Part shown: in pieces, positions 56,505 to 64,000 of the stretch
How positions within the stretch are numbered: position 1 is the first letter of the stretch
How the letters are laid out: every line of letters starts with the position of its first letter
Assembly: GCF_009914755.1 (NCBI RefSeq)
Contig: NC_060947.1
Source: the human T2T-CHM13v2.0 reference genome, Homo sapiens
Strand: one strand, 5' to 3'
DNA length: 64,000 nt
Position numbers and translations under genes: made by a program
Notes under the pieces: generated by a model
Databases searched by the model: none
What the model saw: only the letters and a program-made list of their open reading frames with translations
Told to the model about the DNA's origin: nothing

Positions 56505-58870
56505 TATCTAAAGGCTTGTCAATTTTCTTAAATTTTATCAAAGAGCAAACTTTTGGTTTCATTTTTTTCTCTGTTGTTTTTCTGTTATCTCTTTCATTTG
56601 TTTCCATTCTAATCTTTATTATTTCCTTCCATCCGCTTGCTTTGGGTTTATGGCTCCTCTTTATTTAATTTCTTAAAGATGGTATGGTATGCTATTGGTT
56701 TGAGATTTTTCTTTTTCTCTTCTTTCCTTTTTTTGAGATGTGGGTCTCTCTCTGTTGCTCAGGCTGGAGTGCAGTGGTGTGATCACAACTCACTGTAGCC
56801 TGAGTGTCCTGGGTTCAAGGGATCCTCCTACCTCAGCCTCTTGAGTAGCTAGGACTATAAGTGTGTGCCACTATGCCTGGCTAATTTTTTAATTTTGTGT
56901 AGAGACATGGGGTCTTGCTATGTTGCTCAAGCTGGTCTGGAACCCCTGGGCTCAAGCGATCCTCCCACCTCAGCTTTCAAATTACTGGGATTATAGGCAT
57001 GAGCCATTGTGCCCAGCCTCTTCTGTTTAAATATAGGCATTCAGAGTGATAAATTCATCTCTAAACTATGGTTTAGCTGCATCCCGTTCATTTTGAAACA
57101 TTGTGTTTTCATTTTCATTTATCTCAAAGTAGTTTTAAATTTCCCTTGTGATTTCTTCTTGATCCATTAGTTTTTTAGGACTGGGTTGTTTAATTTTTAC
57201 ATATTTGCCAATGTCTCTAAATTTCCTTCTGTTCTTGATATCTGATTTCATTCCATTGTGGTTAGAGACATTTTTTAGTATGATTTCCTGCATTACTGCT
57301 TTTTTGTATTAAATAGATATTTTCTACTGTACCATTTTAATTTCCTTGTCATTTCCTGTGTTACATTTTTGAGTTATTTTGTTAACACTTGCTCTGGAAT
57401 TTACAATTAGCATCTTAAACAAACTAATTTGGTTAATGCTAACTTAAGTTCAAAGGTATACAAAAACTTTGGTTCAGTATAGCTCTATTTTCTATTTTTG
57501 TGCTACTTTTGTCATACAAAAGACATTTTTATACATTATAAAGACATGAATAGTTTTAGAATTATTACTTTACATATGCAATTGTCTCTTTAATCAGATA
57601 GGAGAAGAATAGGGTTACAAACGGAAATACACTCATACTGTGTTTTATATTTACCTACCTTTACCGGTGCTTGTCATTTCTTCTTGTCAATTTGAGTTAC
57701 TATTTAGTGTTTTCCATTTTAGCCCAGAAAGATTATTTTTAGTACTTCTTATACAGCAGGTCTTCTAGTAAATAATTTTTTCAGCTTTTGTTTATCTTAG
57801 TTTCTCCATTATTTTTATTTTTACTATGATTTTAATAACAAAACTTTAGTTTTATATGGTATTAGATTTACAGAAAAGTTGTGAAGATAGTACAAAAAGG
57901 GTTCCCATATACCCCACTTTCAGTTTTCCCTACTATTAATATCTTACATTACTATGGTACATTTAAAAGTAATTAACCCTTATTGATACATTATTATTTA
58001 CTACCATCCATACTTTATTCAGATTTTCTTAGTTTTGACTGAATGCTTTTTTTTCTGTTCCAGGATCCCATCCAAGACAACACAGTGCCTTTAGTCATCA
58101 TGTCTCCTGGGGCTCCTTTTGGCTGTGACAGGTTCTCAGACTTTCCTTGTTTCTGATGATGCTGACAATTTTGAGGTGCACTTGTTAGGAATTTTGGAGA
58201 ATGTTTCTCAATTGGGATTTGTGTGATATACTTCTTATGATTACACTAGGGTTATGGGTTTCAGGGGGGAAGATAACAAAGGTAAAGTGCAGTTCTCATA
58301 TATCAAGCATACATGCTATCAATGTGACTTATTACTGTGGTCTCCTAATTACTTGATCACCTGGCTGAGATAGCATTTGACACCTTTCTCCATGCAAAAT
58401 TACTCTTCCTGCCCCATTTTCATTCTGTACTCTTTGGAAAGAATTCTCCATTTTCTTGAGAGGGTAATAACAACATAAATTATTTAGAGTTCTTCTCCAC
58501 AGGAAATTTGTCTATTGTCCTCCATTTATATATTTATATATGTAAGTGTGGGCTAATAGGTATTTATTTTCTACTTGTTATATACTATGTTATTTATGTT
58601 GTTGCCCAAATTGCTTCAGTTTTGGATATTGGGAACTTTTTCAGTTGGCTCCTGTGTCCCTTTGACATTCATCCACAGATATGTGGGTTTTTAAAAATTT
58701 TGAGCATTTCCTTGCTTTTTGGCTTTATAAGATGCTTATCTTGTATATATTCTGACCAAGACCTAGAATCAGCCATTTGTCTAAGGATCCCTGATTGAAT
58801 ATTTTTATTGGAAAATGTTACTAACAGCCAAGATCTTGGCACTGGGTGTGCTCAGTGTTACTGGATTTTA
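56505..58870 (-). mobile_element. Old L1 fragments with AluJ at 56709-57017 (-) and an L1MC-like 3' end from ~57820
   Basis: T-rich antisense L1 ORF2 and 3' UTR motifs; Alu consensus. Confidence 0.75.
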
Positions 58871-59653
58871 TCGCTTCTATCTCTTTATCTGCTCATTCTT
58901 GTGCCTTATACTTTCTATGCTATTCACTTCCAGTTTATCAGCTACTTGGCACTTTAATTTATTCCTTATTTTTTTTCTGTAGAATCAGCCTCCTACTCTA
59001 ATGTGAATCCTCATTGGCTTACATTTTGAATCTCATCCTAAAAAAATATAAACTTTCATACCAACTTGCCTCCCCCTTCTCCATTATCCTCTTCAAAACC
59101 AAGTTTCTTAGAGATTTCAACTTACACTGCCTCTAATTTTTTTGCCTCCCACTCAAAATCTCACAGTCAACTTTCTTCTCTCATTCCATTGACTCTGCTC
59201 TGACAGGGCCAAAAAATGACCTCCTTGTTTCTAAATCTAATGAGTGCTTTTATCTCCTCATCTGCCTGGACTAATCAATACTATTTGATCTTGTTAACTA
59301 TGCAAGAAATTCTCTTCTTGAAACTCTCCTCATTCCTCTCTTCTTTTATGACACTACTTTCCTGATTATTATGTCCCTAGGATAATTTTTCTCTTTTGCA
59401 GGCTCCTCTTTCTCTGCCCCCTAGTTAATATTTCCTAGGCTGACTTTTTGTGTTTCTTTCTCTTTCTGATAGATTGGTTAAAAAATGTTTGCATAGATCT
59501 CCTGCATATGTGTTAAGAAATTTCTTCTGACTTACAACATATACAACGAGAGTCTTTAATCAGGCTTCTGCTATAAAAATTAATTTTCCTGGATTCTGTG
59601 GATTGGTGTTTTCATCAGTTCTGGAAAATTCTCAGTAATAACCTGTTCAAATA

Positions 59654-60535
59654 CAGTAGTCCCCCCATTATGTGCAGTTTTTCCATGGTTTCAGTCACCT
59701 GGGGTCAACCATGATCCAAAAATATTAAATGAAAAATTCCAGAAATAAACAATTCATAAGTTTTAAATTACATGCTCTTTCAAGTAGCATAATAAAATTT
59801 AATGTCATCCCATTCCATCCTACTTAGGAAGGGAACATCACTTTGTCCAGTGTATCCACATTGTACATGCTACACATTCATTACTCACTTAATAGCCATC
59901 TTGGTTATCAGATTGACTGGCATGATACAGTGTTTGTGTTCAAGTAACACTTATTTTACTTAGTAGTGGCCCCAAAGTACAAGAGTAGTGATGCTGGCAT
60001 ATTGTTATAGTTGTTGTATTTTATTAGTAGTTGTTGTTAATCTCTTACTGTGCCTAATTTATAAATTAAACTTTGTCATAAGTGTGTATATATAAATACA
60101 TATATATGTATACATGTGTGAATATACATATATATTTGTATATACATTTATATATTATATATAAATATATTATATATAAGTGTATATATGTATCATATAT
60201 AAGTAATAGATATATAATATAAATAATATACATTTATATATAAATATAAATGTATATTTATATATGTACATATAATATATATTATACATATATGTATAAT
60301 ATATATTATTAATGTATTTTAGTTAATAATACAAATAAATATATATTGCTATTTATATAGAATATAATAAAGCATAATAAATAATACCCTATATAAAGAC
60401 AAATATATGCATTTATATGCATATTTTGTATGTGTTATTTATACATATATAAATACATATATATTTGTGTATATAGGACTCAGTACTATCCAGTTTCAGG
60501 CATCCACTGGCAGTCTCAGAACATATACCCCATGT
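59654..60535. mobile_element. MER44/Tigger7-family element split by an AT-rich simple repeat (~60085-60475)
   Basis: CAGTAGTCCCCCC start, AAAATTCCAGAAATAAACAATTCATAAG, and end TTTCAGGCATCCACTGG. Confidence 0.8.
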
Positions 60536-61659
60536 ACAGCCTCTGATTCTTTCCTTTTTTATTCTCTTTCTGAAACTTTGATTAAATATATTTTAGTCTT
60601 TTTATTGGACTCTTTGTCTTTTTGTATCTATTACATATTTCCCATCTTTTCTTTCTCTATTCTGCATTCTAAATAGTATCTTTGACTTATCTCCTAATTC
60701 GCTAATTCTTTCTTCAGCTGGGTCTAGTATCCTGTGACTGTTTTAACTCATAGTTACTGTGATTTTCATTTCTATAAATCCTATTTTGTTATTTTTCAAA
60801 TTTATTACCTCAATTTTTTATGGTTTCCTCTTCTGGGCAGAAATCTTTAAGCTTAAACATTTCTTTTCAAAAAATTTAGCATGTGTTTCACATCTGTAAG
60901 TTCTCATTACTCCAATTTCTAAAGCAGTCTTTGTGTATCTGGGCTTTTCTGTCTGTAGTTTTTGCTGGTTCTTTATTGTGGTATCTTGTTTCCTAGTTCT
61001 TGGTTATCTATGCTTACAGCCAATCACTGTGTTAAATATTATTTGTAGGCATAATTTAAATCCTAGAATGAAAATATCTTCCTTCAAAAAGGATCCACAT
61101 GTGCTTCTATTAGGGGGATAGTCCCAGTTCAGGACCACGTTAATAAGGTTAAAGCTTTGATTTTTCCCAGATGGCCCAGTCAAGTCAAACTGGATGTGAC
61201 TCCAAATGATGTTTGACCCACTTCCACTTCACATTCACCCAGATACTGTAGCCTTTTGAAGTCCTGGATTATTGTGCAAAAGCTCTACTGTTAGATTTTC
61301 TATCTCATGTAAGCTCTGTGTTTTGATTTACTTTACCTGAAACTTCTAAATAAAACAGTTTTCATAATCATTTACCTCTCTGAATTCTTAGTTTCCCTTC
61401 AATTTTTACCGTTAATTTTCTTTCTGTATTGTCAGTTATTTATTGTGTTAATAAAACTTAAAAAAAATAAACCCCATTCATTTTTACAGTTGTTTTTAAT
61501 GGGAAATTTTGTCCAAATTTTCCAGTTATGATCATCATAACCAGAAACAAAATTGTGGCTTTCCAGTGTAGGAGACTGCCATCCTAGATTATGTAGGACT
61601 TCTTTCTTTGTAAATCTCCATTTATTAAATATATTTTATATATTAGAATGGCAATAAGG

Positions 61660-62150
61660 TATATCGGTCAGGGTTCTTGATGGCAAGCAACAAAAGTCAA
61701 CTCTGGCTATTTTGAATAGAAAAAAAGTTATGAAAACATACTGAACCTTATGGAATCTCAAAGAAGCCTAGAGAAACAGACTTGGAGAAAGTGGCTGAAC
61801 AAAATAGATTCACAAAGCAAAGTCAAAAGCCATTCCACAGAACTAATTTTGTGCATATACTGCTGCCATCTTCACTGCTACAGTGATTGTCAGTGTTTCA
61901 CTGCCAATACTTTTGGCCCCAGTACTGATATTGTTGAAATTGAATGTTCCTGCCATTTGTCCTACTGGCTCATGAAATAAAATATTATTCTCTCTTCTTT
62001 CTCTTTGTGTCACTGATTTCTGATTCAGGGTCTAGAATGGGTGCATCTGATTGACCCAGTCTGGATCATGTGCCCACACCCTCAGAGGGAAGATGGGAAA
62101 GTAAATGTCTCATAATTGTAACTTCCATGATAGGAGGCAAATCTTGCTTT
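61660..62150. mobile_element. Old MaLR LTR (MLT1J/K-like)
   Basis: GTCAGGGTTCTTGATGGCAAGCAACAAAA...GCATCTGATTGACCCAGTCTGGATCATGTGCCCAC. Confidence 0.65.
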
Positions 62151-63782
62151 CTATCTAGATTCAAAAGGTAGAAAATTCGCAGACATGGTAAATGGGCCTA
62201 TTACAGAAATACTTTTTTATTATAACAATATTTTGGTAAAATTGTACAATACATGGTGTTTTGCTGGTCCAGCCCTTCCACAGTATGGAAAGATTGAAGG
62301 AACCAGTAAATAACATCCCAAAGGCAATAGAACTGGGATCAACTTTAGACATTGGCATCTTCTAGTCTAGGCCTAGCCATTACCTCCATTGTCTTGACTG
62401 TCCCACTTGCTTATTGCACCTTCAGCAATCTCTAGATAAATAGCAAATGTCACCAGAAAGACTGAGGCCAATAGTTACAGTAAAGGGCATAGAAAAATCT
62501 AAAGGTACATAGTCAAGCATACAGGTATGATTCCTCTGCTTCTCCAACAATTTGACATATGATAGTCTCTGCTATACCCAAGAGGCCGCTTTGCTAGGCT
62601 TTTGGCTCAGATAGGCTGCTTTCATTAGTACGTTTCACCTGCCTTATATTTCTGCTTCTTAATTCCCACCTTGTCATCATATATGGACATTCTGCTTTGT
62701 TAGTTGTTCACTTAATGCCACCTCCTCAGCTAGAATTACATTGCTGGAAATTCACTGAAGTAAAATATAGATTTCTCAGGGCAATAGTAGGCAGTTTAAA
62801 GTTCTATATCTCTCACAGAGCTCTGTGGATGACATATATGAAGCAACCAGGAAGGTCTTGAATAAGAAGACCCTTGCGTAGCACAGTGGTTTTAAATAAC
62901 ATCTGTGTAACTCCACATTTTACATCCGTAGCTCTGATCTTCCACTGAACTTTAGACATAGACATGTGAGTGGAAATATCAAGTAAGCAATCGGATATAT
63001 AATAAACATCAAATATGCAACATGGCCAAAGTAGACCTGTTTTTCTCCAAGTGTTCCCTCTCACAATGAAGGATGCCAGGTTAAACACCCCAAACACTGC
63101 TGTTCTCATTAAGGTTCAATAGGTTTTCTTGAATGAATGCTTTTCAAATTGTTCCAAACCTTTTATTAACTATAAGACTTTGGAAAAGGTTGATTTTCAT
63201 AAATTGGTAATATTTTCATTGCTTTGCTAGAAGAGCAGATTTATGGAGGTTCCGTTATGGAAGTTCTGCCATTGTCTATGTTGTTTGGCTGTACCTAGTA
63301 CAAGAAATATGAAGAAATGAATCTATTAAATCATTGCGTGCATTAAAAAGCTTGTTAAAGTTATATTATCATTTTAATGTTGAGATTTCATTTTCTAAAA
63401 GCTCATTTAGAAAAATTTTACATTCATAAATAATATATTTTCTGAAGTTTTCTTTTCTTGTAATCAATTTGATTTTGGGACTTGAGTCATGCTGGCTTCA
63501 TAAAATTAGTTGGGAAGTGTTCCCTTCTCTGTTATCTGAATGATGCTATGTAGAATTGGTGTTACTTTTCTCTATAAATTTATTGAATTTGCCTGAATTT
63601 TTGTTTTCAGATTTTTAACTAAGTATTCAATTTTTAAAATAGTCACAGACTATTTCAGCTACCTATTTATTCTTGAGGGAGTTTATATAGTTTGTGTTTT
63701 TGTTTTAGAAATTGGCCCATTACATCTAAGTTGTCACTTTACATGTGTATATTTGTGCATACTCTTCCATTATTATCCTTTT

Positions 63783-64000
63783 AAACTAAAAATAAAACTA
63801 CCATACAATCCAACAATCCCACTATGGGTTATTTATCCAAAGAAAAGGAAATCAGTGTTATCAGAGGGATACCTGCACCCGCATATTTATTGCAGCACTA
63901 TTTATAATAGGCAAGATATGAAATCAACTTAAGTGTCCATCAATGGATGAATGGATAAAGAAAACGAGGTATATATTCTCAATGGAATAGTGTTCAGCCA
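63783..64000 (+). mobile_element. L1 ORF2 3' fragment running off the window
   Basis: CTACCATACAATCCAACAATCCCACTATGGG...AATGGATGAATGGATAAAGAAAA. Confidence 0.88.

Overview
Primate (human-like) genomic DNA, not microbial: the BMP15 locus, which I recall as Xp11.22. There is one clear protein-coding gene, two-exon BMP15 (+; CDS 24004-24331 and 28977-29827, 392 aa). It is flanked upstream by a full-length H3F3A (histone H3.3) retrocopy with an uninterrupted ORF, and downstream by a disabled full-length HMGB1 retrocopy (-). The rest is dense interspersed repeat: two Tigger1 copies, nested L1s, about 17 Alus, solo LTRs, Tigger2/MER8/MER44/MADE1/MER5, MIR and L2. Almost all other ORFs in the track are repeat-derived. 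I see no evidence of a new multi-gene system. The best unexplained features are an ungapped 118-bp inverted repeat 1.7 kb downstream of BMP15, the intact H3.3 retrogene with a triple target-site duplication (TSD), a local duplication preserving the empty site of a MADE1 insertion, a trimeric Alu, and a five-layer nested transposon stack. Repeat subfamily names come from remembered consensus sequences and need RepeatMasker/Dfam confirmation.
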